In this document: positions 32,301 through 44,310 of the stretch, piece by piece
How positions within the stretch are numbered: the stretch's first letter is position 1
Layout: each line of letters begins with the position of its first letter
Assembly (NCBI GenBank): GCA_028534125.1
Contig: CM052831.1
Span: forward strand, 930,001-994,000
DNA: 64,000 nt
Reading direction: 5' to 3'
Origin: Lama glama
Lineage: Eukaryota
Notes under the pieces: generated by a model
What the model saw: only the letters and a program-made list of their open reading frames with translations
What the model was told of the DNA's origin: nothing
Database searches by the model: none
Translations under genes and position numbers: made by a program

Positions 32301-35300
32301 GGGCCTCTGAGGGAGAGACCCCCCCATCCATCGTGACCCTAGTAGGCAAAGTCAAGTTTGTACAACCAGAGTTGACGCTAACTCCACAGGGACCCCAGAC
32401 CCACGACAATCAGACACACCGTCACTGGAAAAGAGAGGCAATGAGGTGGAAGAATCTGTCTCGGGGACTCAGAGCCTGGCAAACTTGGGCTCGGACCTTG
32501 GTTCTGAATCTCTGAGAAAGCATGTGGTCCTCAGTTTCTCCATCTGTAAAATGGGGATTTTGAAATGAAGTGGAAAAGCTGCTGGCAGCTGCATGAGATC
32601 AAAGTCCACAGAGCTCGTCCCCAACTGCCCTTGTGGTTTCTGGCCCTGAGGAGAAGCCCCGGTCGGCCCCAGTCCGAGTGGAGACTCCAAGAAGGAGGGG
32701 ACCTGAGCTCAGCGGCAAATGTCATGTCACAGCTGGACCTAGACCACCCCACCCAGGATGAAGGAGGACAACTCTCCAGGAAGGGAGGTCCCCTCCTGCA
32801 GAGCATCAGGGAAGCAAGCCACTGATGGCAGCCCCATCACTTTAAGTACCAGTGACTTGAGTAAGTGCCTTTATTGACCCAAGAGGTTTTAACGGCTCCT
32901 GAAGATCCTTTCAAGCTTCCGCCCCTTGGCAGACTTGACACAGGAAGGTAATTACAATCACTCTCCCCTGGAGCGCTCCAGCAAGCCAACCTGGGCCCAG
33001 GAGAGCACAGCTGCATGTGGTGCGCGGCAGGACACAGCCCCGGGCTCCGCTGGGCAAGGAGGGCACCCCCACGCAGACAGAAGAGGAAGTTCGCGTGCCT
33101 TACAGAGGAGACAACGCCCCTCAGAGCATTGCTGCTGCCAAACCCCGGGGCCGGTTCATGGTCACAGCTGAGTCCCAGCTCCCCAGGCCTCTCCTGTCTC
33201 CACCCTGTTCCAAGGCCTCCCAGAGTCTGGTGACTAAACAGCCGAGTGACAGGTGGGAGGCGCTAGCGTTGAGGGCAGCTGACCCAGGGCAGCTTCGGGC
33301 AAAGGGAGTGTCCTTCTGGAGCACACGCTGGTCTTGAGGGAGACAGTAGGCCTCACCTCGTCTATAAATTGGAAACAACCTTCCTTCCTCACAGGGCGGT
33401 GACGGAGAGGAAGTAAGACTTTGTGTCTGGCATGAGTAGGGGGTTCACAGCAGCCCCTCGCGGCTTCCCTCACCTGGCCAGGTGAGGGGTTGACGGGTCG
33501 GTGTGGGAGAAGCATCTGGAAGCACCGGGCTGGCCTGGCTCCTGCATCACAGACCTCAGGCCCCAGGGGACAACCTCCAGGCAACAGGCAGAGAAGGTCA
33601 TTTAGTAGATTACCCTCCTGGCAGGCTGAGCCCTGCCCTGACCCTAGGCAGAAATCCAGGGGGACTGGGGGTTTTGCCCCAGAGAAGGGAGTTGCTCTGT
33701 CCTCCTAGGGAAGGGTCCCTCAGTGTGCAACACCTACTGGGCAGCAAGGGGTCCACTCCACTGCTGCCTTGCCCAGGGCACAGGACGTGGGACAGGCCCT
33801 GGAAAGGGCCTCGTTAACAGCAGAGATTTGTTCTGAGACACTAGATTTCTGCTTCTAAATTCCTCCTGCTCCAAACACCTCCTGAGTACAGCGTTGAGGG
33901 CCTCTGCCCCCTCGTCTCCTGCCCAGACTAAATACACCCCAGCTTGTTGACCACGGAGCACCAAGCAAGAGCTGGGGTGGGGATCTGGCTTTGGGGCGGG
34001 GGGCTGCCATCTTCCACATGCCTGGCTGTGCTCCAGGGCTCAGGTGTCTCATGCTGCCGGCTTTAATGATTTTGGAATCCCTCCCTCAGGAACTTGCTGC
34101 TGGGAAACAAACCCCTGACCTGTCAAAGAGCCATGCTCTTGGAGAGAGGTCACAAGGTCATGACTCAGCTCCACTCTCTGCTCCTCAAAAGTGAGACTTG
34201 ACTGGGGAGGACCCCTCCACCACCACCTCAGCCAGAGGGGGTCTCTAGGAATCTGTCCTTTGGGGTCCGTAAGAGGGAACAACTGGAAAGACCCAAAGGT
34301 CAGTCAGCGGGGCCTCACCTGACCCAGGGCCACCACTGCAGGGACCCTCACCTGACCCAGAACCATCCCTGCAGGGGCCTCACCTGACCCAGGGCCACCG
34401 CTGCAGGGACCCTCACCTGACCCAAGTCCATCCCTGCAGGGGCCTCACCTGACCCAGGGCCACCGCTGCAGGGACCCTCACCTGACCCAGAACCATCCCT
34501 GCAGGGGCCTCCACTGACACAGGCCCATCCCTGCAGGGGCCTCACCTGACCCAGAACCATCCCTGCAGGGGCCTCACCTGACCCAGGTGAGGACGGAGCA
34601 CCAAGAGGTATCACTAAGCAAAAAGACCAAATAAACCCTAACCCACAGAAACAAACAGGCCAACCAAAAGAACCACCAGGAAGCACAGAGAGAGTTTCTA
34701 CCATGTGAGACACAGATGTGTTCACCTGTGGAGACGCAGACTAACTGCTGCCCACTTCCACCGGGAGGAGTCTGCACTGCACCCCCTCTCCCTCTTTTGA
34801 GCCCTATGAATGTATTATTCTAAAAATGTTCAATTAAGTTTTAAATAAAGATTCTGTGAGACCCATTCAGAAGGTTGTCAGGCAAGACTTCACATGTGGT
34901 GGGGAACCCAGACGTCTGCTGTGGGCAAATGATCACAGAGTCTGTCAGAGGAAACTGCTCCAGATCCAGGGCGGCAACGGCTCTCACCGTGGGGAGGACG
35001 TGTCCTCAGGTCTGGGGGCAACAGGAAACCTAATTTTTCTTGGTTAACAAGAGGAGGCCTGCACCCCCCGGGAAAGCTGGCTCCTGGTTTGACAAGGCAC
35101 TCTATCAGCAGGAGGCTTCGAAAGGCCGTGCTGTTGGCTCTGCCCAGAAGCCCCACCTCCGCCCCGGGGACTCAGGGGGTTGAGGGGTGATTCACAGGCT
35201 CCACCTCGGGGCCCAGCCGCCCCAGGCCCCTCGCGTACTTTATCTGAAAAGTCCCACAGTCCTGGGCTTTTCTCTCAGGGAAAACACCAGCTGCAGAAAA

Positions 35301-38242
35301 CGTCCGCTTTCTTCCCTTGGGAAACGCCATCGATGGGGCGTGCACCGCCCCAGATTCACATCCAGCACGCAAAGCGTGTCCTTTCCAAGCCTCAGGGGTC
35401 CTGACCATAAAATGTGGGTCATGACCTCTCCCAGGGGTGAGGATGAAGCCAAGGAAGATAATGCAGGTGTGAACACCACACGTGCCCGGCACCCCAAGGC
35501 AGAACAAATCTTCCCCGATCCAAGCACACGGGAACTCTCCTCTGCTCTGAGATCTCGCCTTGTTTATTCCACTCAGACAAGATCTGGCCTCACGCGATAC
35601 AATCACAGCCATGAGGGGAGCCATCCAGGAGGCCGGGCTCCCAGGCCTTTCTCAGGGACTAGGAAGTCGCCCAGAGCACTACTGGGGGTTCCGTGAATGA
35701 ACTTACTTTTCCATGACAGAAGCGGGGGTCACTGCGGCCACTGCTGCCAACGCAGCAATGAAGTTTATCAATGGTAGTCGATTTCAGAAAGTCAGTGGTG
35801 GTTTCCTTAAAATGGAGTAAAATTCAAAGGAGCTGGCCATGTCTCCTCTTCAGCATATTAAGTAAACCATTGTTCTTTGATTAAACTATCAGACAGTTTG
35901 AAGCCACACACAGGACCTGCCTGCCTGCCTCCAGGGCGGGGATTAAATCTGTGGCTGTGGGCTGGAAGGGACACTGGAGAACGTTTCTATAAGGTTTCAG
36001 CCCAACACTGTGTCCCACTGTCTGGGTGGTCAGGAGAGCTCCGGAGGCATCAGAGGACAGGCGGCTCACGGACGGTGCGGCTGGGGTGCCGGGGTGCCGC
36101 CCAGACCCTGGGCTCATGGCCCACCACCAAGAACTGGCTCAGGAGGCAGCAGTCCTCGCCCAGCGCTGGGGAGAGACTGACCATCCCTTGGGGAGACGTG
36201 GGGCCGGGACCCTCCCCCCCGCACTGGGTTCTGTGTCTCTAAAACCTCAGATCCACAACGTGTCCACAACCCACACCCACACCCACAATCCGGCAGCCCT
36301 GCTGAAGCCACAAGCCTCATCTCCTTCCTTGGGGGAGAAGGCACCTGTTCCCTCATCCTAGCAGCTCGAAGCCCCAGATGAAAGCAAGAACCACTGGGTG
36401 CCCCACCGGGGAACTCTGCAGCCAGAAAAACGAAGCGATGGGTTCGTCAGAATCAGAGGGAAAGTGCTCGGGGACGGAGGAAGCCACAGTGAGGACGAGG
36501 GACCCATCGCATTGCGAGCTCTGTCCACCTGTCCACTCACTGTGCACCGTGATCGAGGCTGACAAGCAGTCCATGGAAACCAGTGTGAGCCTGGCATGTG
36601 CCCTGGTAACAGAAGGCCCTCACTCGGTTCCTAACATGCGTAACTTTTCCTCCTTTCACTGTTCACCAGCAAAACACGCACAAACAGGAAGCCACTTTTC
36701 TTTTGTCTTTGAGGGGAAAACACACCCTTAGCTTGAGAAACAATAGAATTCCCGGGACAACAGTGTTTGCTCCTTGCCCAAATCTCGTGACAATAGCACG
36801 AGAAGCCCCCCCCCTCCCCGACTCCGGCTAGCAACAGCCACCCTGGGGCCGAGAAGCTGCAGGACAACAGACCCTGGAGCGTGCTCACCTTGAAGGTTGT
36901 TGCGGACTCGGGGTTGGCGAGAACCAGCGGGGAAATCAGAATCATGCCGGAGAAGTGGCCCGGCCTGTCCGCGGCCGTCAGGATGGCAATGGCCCCTCCC
37001 TGCAACGCAGAATGGGCAGAGCTGTGGCTGCTGGCTCCACCAGTGCACTCACCATGCCACCACGGGCCCTACCAAGCGGCAGTCCTGGCCCAGAGCCTGG
37101 GGAGGTCACCTTGGAACAGACACCCTCGAATGTTGGATAAACTAGATCTCCAATTATTTTATTACATGTGTTTCTTTTCCTCCAGGTTCTTCAAGAGCAA
37201 ACATTTCAGAAGGATATAAATAAAGCTCCTGCTTGTGGGCTGCAAGTTAAACAATAACACATTTCTCCTTCATCTCAAGCCAAAAGCTGGCAGACCCCCA
37301 AGTCACCCGTTCCATCAGGCTTAATATGAGATTTTTAAAAATCTGATGATAATAAGAGATTGATACACTTTTTTTTTCCTATTTCAGTAAAGGTCCCAGA
37401 AATCTAGGTTCCAAGAAAAATGCCTTGTAAACATGGGTGAGGGTTAGGCCTTGGCGATTTGCTGCAGCCGAAGGTAACTTGAACTGAGGGCTGAAACCAC
37501 AAATGCTGACAGGCCAGGTGGTCACACGGGTGAAGGCCTACCCGGGATTGAAAAGTCCCCGAGCTTTCAGCATTGCACAGAGAAAGGTTCTGTGCCAGCC
37601 GGCACGGCAGTGGGCCTGCAGGCAGTTCTGGCAGGTGGAGGAGCCCCAATTCACAGACTACGCCTGGCTGCATCTTAGAGGGTTTTATATACTTAAAAGG
37701 TGAAAAGGATTCTGAATGACCTTTAAGGACCTGCTCCCTCGGGACCCCGGTCCTAGGTCCCGTCTATCCCGAGTGACTCTGAGATGGGCAGGAGGCACTG
37801 TACTTCCCCACGTGCTGACTGCAGGCCCCTCCCCGAGACGTGGCTGTGCCGGTGGCAGCGGTGCCATGCCCTGTCCTGTGAGGCCCACCAGAGCCCCTCA
37901 GTTCAGACAGCGGGCACCCCCTGGCGCCTTGGGCCCGGACAGGAAGGGGCTGTCTCCAGGACACTGACCCCAGGACCTCCACGTGCAGGCCAAGCAGAGG
38001 CGATGTGCCCACCGGGCGGAGAGCTGGGGTAGGAGGCTGGGAGGCCCCTCTCACCCCGGGCCCTCACTCTCCCACCACCGGGTCTTCCCCACGCGGTCTA
38101 CTCACCATGGAGTGGCCCAGAAGGAAGACCGGAAGCCCGGGGTGGTCCTTCTGCACCAGGTCCACGTGCTGCAACACATCCCTGATGAAGACCTGGAAGT
38201 CAGACACGACCATCCTCTCCCCCTCGCTCTGCCCGTGGCCGA
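17232..38242 (-). CDS. MGLL: MGLL monoglyceride lipase, partial spliced CDS (last five coding exons, equivalent to human exons 4-8; 5' exons outside window)
   Basis: complement(join(17232..17357,17963..18178,28986..29075,36889..36999,38106..38242)); alpha/beta hydrolase with GHSMGG nucleophile motif, catalytic Asp (SADRLC) and His (AYHVLH). Confidence 0.97.
17963..18178 (-). CDS. MGLL: MGLL exon 7 (catalytic Asp)
   Basis: [72 protein letters not shown]; 216 nt; donor gtgagc. Confidence 0.97.
21495..21610 (-). mobile_element. MIR SINE
   Basis: cccattttacacatgaggagactgaggctcagagaagtc...aagtcacacagc, MIR core. Confidence 0.8.
23240..24090 (+). mobile_element. Old L1 (L1M-type) ORF2 3' part and 3'UTR
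   Basis: [29 protein letters not shown]...[13 protein letters not shown]; cccatgttcacagcagcattattcacagtagcc. Confidence 0.85.
25805..25930 (+). mobile_element. MIR SINE
   Basis: ctgggctcaaatcc...tagctgtgtgtcctcgggtaaatcactt. Confidence 0.6.
27000..27140 (+). mobile_element. MIR SINE
   Basis: atcccagctctgcc...ccttggacaagc...cagtttcctcatctgtgaaatgggg. Confidence 0.75.
28480..28753 (+). mobile_element. MaLR LTR fragment (MLT1 family)
   Basis: cccctgggtccagccatgcctgaagcc...ttgggtttctgccacctacaaccaaagg...gataca end. Confidence 0.6.
28986..29075 (-). CDS. MGLL: MGLL exon 6 (lid/cap region)
   Basis: cctag|GTC; [30 protein letters not shown]; 90 nt; donor gtgagt; not captured by the ORF track. 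Confidence 0.95.
34309..34592. repeat. Minisatellite, 32/33-bp units in a 65-bp higher-order dimer, ending in a 9-bp hairpin
   Basis: ctcacctgaccc at 34314, 34347, 34379, 34412, 34444, 34477, 34541 and 34573 (degenerate copy at 34509). Confidence 0.95.
36889..36999 (-). CDS. MGLL: MGLL exon 5
   Basis: ttgcag|GGA; [37 protein letters not shown]; 111 nt; donor gtgagc. Confidence 0.96.
38106..38242 (-). CDS. MGLL: MGLL exon 4 (ends in GHSM, catalytic Ser)
   Basis: ttccag|TC; [45 protein letters not shown]; 137 nt; donor gtgagt. Confidence 0.96.
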
Positions 38243-38499
38243 CTGGAAGGGAAGGGAGACAGAGCCAGTTACAGAGGCTGACACCTACCAAACCTGCCGT
38301 TTCCTTACAGAACTACCAGCCACTCTTTCTGGAGGGCCCGGATGGAACACCCCACTGAGCCCTTCCCACCACTCCCCAACATGGGGATTCTTTTCCCCAC
38401 AGTTGACAGATTAGTCAGTTAAAGCACAGAGACGTTAAGAAACGTGCCCAAGGTCACACAGTCAGGAAGTGACGAACCAGGATGTAAGTACTGCAAAGC

Positions 38500-38627
38500 A
38501 GGGGGAGGGTACAGCTCAGTGGTAGAATGCATGCCTATGCGTGAGGTCCTGGCTTCAATCTCCAGTAACTCCGTTAAAAACAAATAAAGTAAATTACTTC
38601 CCTGCTCAAAAAACTTAAAATAAAAAG
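38500..38627 (+). mobile_element. tRNA-derived SINE, camelid vic-1-like, next to a MIR remnant (about 38385-38485)
   Basis: gggggagggtacagctcagtggtaga (A box), ggcttcaatctcc (B box), A-rich tail; TSD aagtactgcaaagc 38486-38499 / aaatattgcaaagc 38628-38641. Confidence 0.85.
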
Positions 38628-39538
38628 AAATATTGCAAAGCCTGTCCACGCAGCCAGGATGCCTTCCTCGTGGCTGTTTCCCAGGGATAAAGGAAGGACA
38701 GACACACGGAGAGCTCTCAGAGCCTCAAGTCCCACAGAAGCAAGACCGACGAGGCACAAACTTCTCTGGGTTTTCCCAGCTCCTTGACCCTCACAGTTGT
38801 GTTTCCAAGAGTGAGCTTCTCACCAGGGGGTGCTGCACCCAGTCACCTCACTTTATAGCTCCCGGTGACAACGATGTGAACCACGTGACAGAGGAGTTGG
38901 TGTTTGCCAGAAGTCTGTTCAACGAAGCAGCAATAAAACCAGGTCACACTCTCCCCTCCTAGATTTTATCATCTGTCCCCCAGCTCTGTCCTGAGGGTCC
39001 CTCCACGCCCCCCTCTGAAGGACGCCCGTCACCATAGAAACCACGTGCCAACTGTGACTTCCAGATTCAAGCTGAGCCCCGCTGATGTGAGGGTATGAAA
39101 ACTGCAGAAGACAAAGAGCTCCCAGAGAACACGGGCGGCAGCTGGGGACCTGCCTGACCCTCCCACCACCTCTGCCAGGGAGGCGCGGTGATGATAGCCG
39201 ATGAGCGAAGCCCTCATTTCACAGACAGACAGGGAGGCCCCGGCAGCAGCAGGGACCAATCTGCCACCCAGACCTTGGACTCGGAAATCCTCCAGGTGGT
39301 CAGACCACAAAATCCCACTTCGGGCCGTCTGCCTCTCATGCGCCCACCAGCCCCTCCGACAACACAGCCTGGGGACCGGCTGCTCTGTCACCCACCCTTT
39401 TGCCCCTCTGAGGGTTCTTTCCCTTCTTAAATGTATTTTCACTTTTTATTGTGCTAAAATACACACAACACAAAATTTACCATCTTACACATTCTTCCAT
39501 GTGCACCACCCTCCAGCCCCAGACTTGAGACCTAACAC

Positions 39539-39922
39539 TGGCCGGCAGGCACTGAGCCGCATCCCCCAACCCGACCAAAATCCATGAGCTGAAGCCCTAA
39601 ACCCCACAGGGTGTGACTGCATTTGGAGACAGGGCCTTTAAACAGGTAATAAGTGAAAGAGGTCCCTGGGGTTGTCCCGACCCAACCTGATGGTGTCCCT
39701 CTACAGAGAGGACAGCAGGACACAGACCCACACAGGGATGCCTGCGTGAGGACGTGGGGGGGGAGGTGGCATCTGCAGGCCGAGGAGGCCTCCGAGGAAA
39801 CCAGCCCTGTGGACACTTCCGCTTTGGCCTTCCAGACTCCAGAACTCTGAGAAAACGAACTCCATCATGCGAGTCACTCTGTCTGTGGTACTTTGTTACG
39901 GTGGCCGGAGCTGACTGATACA
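39539..39922 (+). mobile_element. MaLR solo LTR (MLT1B/C-like)
   Basis: tgtgactgcatttggagacagggcctttaaacaggtaat...ttccagactccagaactctgaga...tctgtggtactttgttacgg...gataca. Confidence 0.85.
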
Positions 39923-42900
39923 CCTGCTAAACAGTAATCCCCCCTCCCCTCCCCCGTGCTCCAAACACAGCTCAGTAACGATGTGGCCAGATACTGGGTT
40001 CAAAGTTCAAAACATGACAAATACGTGATAATTATTTTCTCTGTGCGCTTGTGTTACTAATCTGAGGTACGATTAGATTCATTAATTTTAAAACATTTGC
40101 TTGCAACTACAAATTGTGCTGTTTCGCCTTTCAATTTAATTTTCCCTTCTGATTATGTAAACATCTACCTGGCACAACCGTGAGGGCTATGGAAGAGCAG
40201 CGGTCCAGGGCCGCCCTGCCCCTGCCCCCGCCCCCTCCCCTCTCGTCCCCGACGGGTCATCACTGTAATTACTTTGTGTTTTTTTCCTCAAAACATTTCT
40301 TTTTGTCAAAATAAGAAAACGACCTCCCTCCCTCCCTGCTATGACTTTCCTCCTTTCTTCACATAAAAGGGAGCATGCCACACACCCACCCTGCTCTATG
40401 CCAGTTTCTTTCACTTTGAACCTTTTCTGGAGAAGACTGCGTATCCCAGACAGGCCAAGAGCCCCCCCGGTCTGGCAGGGCTGCACGGCGCCCCTGCGCA
40501 GCTTCCTCCAGCCCGCTCTCAGCCAGTCCGCCTGTGTGACAGCCCAGCTGTTGTAACGGAGCACTTGGGAGTGTTTCCCTCCTGTGAAGGCGCACCTTCA
40601 GGACATTGGTCTAGATGCAGGGGTGCCGGTTAAAGGTGGGTGCGTGGGCCCTTCTGGGAGCTGCCCAATCCTGTCCGCGTGGGCCACCCGCGGTGACTCT
40701 GCCGTCGAGGTTCGGGAAGACCTGTCCCTCTCAGCCTTCCTGACAAAGCGTGTCGTTTGGTGTCTGGATTTCTGCCACTAAGAGAGGGGAGAGAGGGCAG
40801 GGAGGACGTCTTCTGTTCTGAGACACTTGTGCGTCTTTTCTGCTAAACTGAGAATTCCTGTCGCTGCTTGTTTTCTCCATCAGGGTCTCGTATTTCTTGG
40901 TAGTTAAGAGAGCTCTTTGTATATTAGTCAGCCATTTGTCCTCTTGCTTCGTTTATGTTGTGTTCAGCTAAAGAAGGTTTTTATTTTAAAAAATTACCTA
41001 CTTTTCTTTCCATGGCTTCTTAAGTTTTGATTCTTAGGTGTAAAGGCCTTCTCTCCCCCAGGGTTATGGTGGAATGTGGCGTTTTTTCTGAGTTCTTTCA
41101 TGGCTTCACGCCTTTTGGGGGTAACACACGGACACGAAGTCCACATGAACCGCATTTAAGCACGCCGTCCGGGGGCGCTGAGGGCATTCACGTGGTGTGT
41201 GACCGCCCCCGTCACCGCCTGCAGGTGCAGCTTCACCTCCTGCATGTACCCTCTGATACGCCTGCAGTTGGTCGTGGTCTGTGGTGTGAGGCGGGGGTCC
41301 CTTTCCTGATGGTGCTTTTTTCCTTAAAATTGGGTGACTTTCACACAACATAAAATTAACTGCTGTCAAGTGTACCAGCTCAGTGGCGTTCAGTGCATGC
41401 TCCACGTTCAGCCGCCTCTGCCAAGTTCCCAAGTGCAGGTGGGTCTTAATAGTCTTTACAAAATTTACGGAGAAACCTTCATTACTTCAGTGAATTGTGA
41501 GGTCATCCTCATCACACATGAAAGCCCCTTTTCAGCTGAGTCTAGCCCACTTCTGGATTCCTGCTCAGCTCCACGGCTGCCTACTCACAGGTCAGCCCTC
41601 ACGGCAGCGCCCCCCCGACCCTGCCCGCCTGGTAGGCAGGCCCGGCTGACCTGCGAGCTCCCCCTCGCCCTTGTCCATCACTCCCATGTTGACCCTCCTC
41701 TGGGTGTAGACGCTCCCTGCTCTTCCATCTCCAGCCTGGCCTCCTCCCGGGCCTGGAGACCCACCCTACCAACTGCTGGTCAGAAGGGTCCCCGATCACC
41801 CTGTGGGTCCTCAAATAGCTTCCAAACTTGCTCTGCTCCTGGGCTCCAAACCATGCTCAGTGGCCCTGCAAACCCGCTCCCCAGGGCCCACACCCCAGCT
41901 GCCACGCTCTGGGCTACTCTCCTGCTGCCCTCCCCAGGGCCAGGCCCCAGACAGCCAGGGGCAGCCCCTAAGCCCAGAGCTTGCAGGAAGTACTCCAGCC
42001 AGCCAGTCCTCCTCCTGCCTGCTTACCCTGCCTCACTGTTCCTTCTTGCAGAAACCGCAACAGAGCTCCTATGCACGCTCCCCATGCCCTCTGCCCTCCA
42101 GCCAGCCCTGGTGCTTCCCTGTGTGGTGCCCAGGCCCGTCTCCTGTCCCCAAGGGTCTGTATCATTGGGGTCATTCCCGTGTCTGTGCGTCTCACACACC
42201 TGGGCTAAACCAGCGCAAGTGCCCCTGACACCCTAGCACCGCAGCCCGTACAAGGCGGTGCTCAGTAAGTAACCCTCTGTCCAGCGATTAAACCACCCCA
42301 GTTTCTGGGTCTCACACAGAACACTTCTGCCTGGAAATAACTTTCCACACTGCCACCCCGCAGAAAGGAGATCACGGGAAGGGCCCAGAGAGCTGCCAGC
42401 TTCAGGGCTGGATGGGGAGAAACGAGCATCCGACTTCCCTTTTCTTAGGTAACCAGTTCTACTGAGTCTCCTCTTCTCACAGGAGGAAAAGCTGGTGAAA
42501 TGCAGCCTCGAGTAGAGAGAGACACACAGCATTAAAGCAGCAGCGATGACGACACCTGGCACTTACGAGGCAGGTTATGACCCACACAGCCCTTCTCCCA
42601 GAGCTTCCTTCGCTCGGTGCTCAGGGCCCTGCCAGTCAAGGACTCTTTCCCCACTTCTGGCTCAGAAAGCTGACCTCGGGCAGACCGGACAGGGTGCAGC
42701 CTTCCAATAAGAGGCCGGGCAACTCGAGGGCTGGTTTCGGAGCCCAGACCCAGTGTTCTTATGACACAGTTCAGTGCAGAACATGGCCAGGAAGCGGGGC
42801 TGCAGAGACTGAGGGACCCAGGGAACACAGCCTTCCCACGGCAGACACTGAGCCTCAGCACAGGGAGCACGACCCTCCCCTGGGAGGCTGGCCGGCAGCG

Positions 42901-43899
42901 CCCGCTTTCCTTACAGATGAGGGGACTGAGGCCCGGAGGGGCTGAAACCCCGTGAGGGGCCCCCTGGTGGGGCTGGTTCCAGAGCCCCAGAAACCATGGT
43001 GCCTCGGGCTGCCTCTGTGCTTTCCGATTTCCCTGAAATGACCTCAGACGTGTCCTAGTTTGATAATCAGGGAAACGTAGGCAGGTGACCCCAGGTGTTC
43101 ACAGCAGACGAACGAGGCAAGTCTAGAACAAGCAGATGGTCCCCCCCGGACGTCGGTCAGGGCGCCCGGCTCCCAGGACCACCATCCACATGGCGATGGG
43201 TCCACCACAGGACCCTAACTCCTCATCACATGCTGCCGGGGGAGGGGGTTCTGTACAAATAGGAATGTCTCATTTCTCACCTCTGCTCCTTTGAACGCAC
43301 CAAGTAGACAGCATCTCCCAGACCCTCTGAGGGCCTGTGGGATCTGCTCAGCCTGCCAAAGACACCGAGGCTGTGACAAGATGAAAGAATGAATTTTGAA
43401 AAAGGCTCTGGTCTTGGCTTCCACCTCTGGGTAGAGATCCCATTAGGCCTTGTAATTATGCCCGTCAGCCCAGCCAGCGGGAGTCCTCTGCTCCTGATTT
43501 TCCAGAGGCTCTCTCCGGTCCCGAGGCCGAGCCTGAGCCCAGGCCCTGGGGAGGTGGCTTTGGTTTCCCTGGGAACACCTGACCAATAAAGGGTGGGTTT
43601 CCTTCCAGCACAGCAAGGGTGCTGGCCTGCACTCCTGCCAACCCCCAGGAGGTCAGCACACCGTGGTGATGGTGGTGGGGTTCCCACAGGACATGTGGTT
43701 CAGGCCAGTGAGACAGATGGTCACTGTGGAGCCTCTGGCCTCAAGAACCCCAGGACTGGATGGGCAGGAGCCACGTGTAGGAGCCACAGCCATGCAAACC
43801 CAAAGGGAGAATTAGAGCCGCCTGGATGAGCGCCAAGGTGGAAGAGAGCCCTGTGGGAGCAGGAGGGCCCTGACAGGGAGTCACTAACTCATAGATGTT

Positions 43900-44310
43900 A
43901 CACAGAGAGAGACTGGTACTACCGCTTTGGAAACAACTTGGCAAGGTTGAATTCTACCCGTTACAAGCCAGTAACTCCGCCCTCAGCACTCAAAGGTGCA
44001 AGAGAAACCACAGGTGCCTGGAGACACGGTAATACTGTTCCCCACGTGGACACTGTAGCTAAAGGGACTGCTCTACAGTAGCGAAAAGTGAGTAAACAAA
44101 TGGAGCAACATGCATGAACCTTAGAAACAAAACATAAAGTGGAAAAAGCAAGTATTCAAGCTTAGCCATTTTATAGAAAGCTAAAAAAATAAAAAAGCAA
44201 AATCAGACTGTATATATTTTTAGAGCCAAATCTATGTGATAAAAGCATAAGATAACAAAGCAAGGGGATGAAACACACATCTTAAGATGGTAGTTACGCC
44301 TGGTCACCTG
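43900..44310 (+). mobile_element. Ancient L1 3'UTR fragment (L1ME-like)
   Basis: A-rich; accgctttggaaacaacttggcaa...catgcatgaaccttagaaacaaaac...gatggtagttac. Confidence 0.5.

Noticed and set aside
34309-34592. CRISPR-like repeat/spacer appearance
   Set aside because: Mammalian DNA, the spacers are themselves repeated, no cas genes; it is a minisatellite
38500-38570. Possible tRNA gene
   Set aside because: Has an A-rich tail and TSD and lacks a complete cloverleaf; it is a SINE
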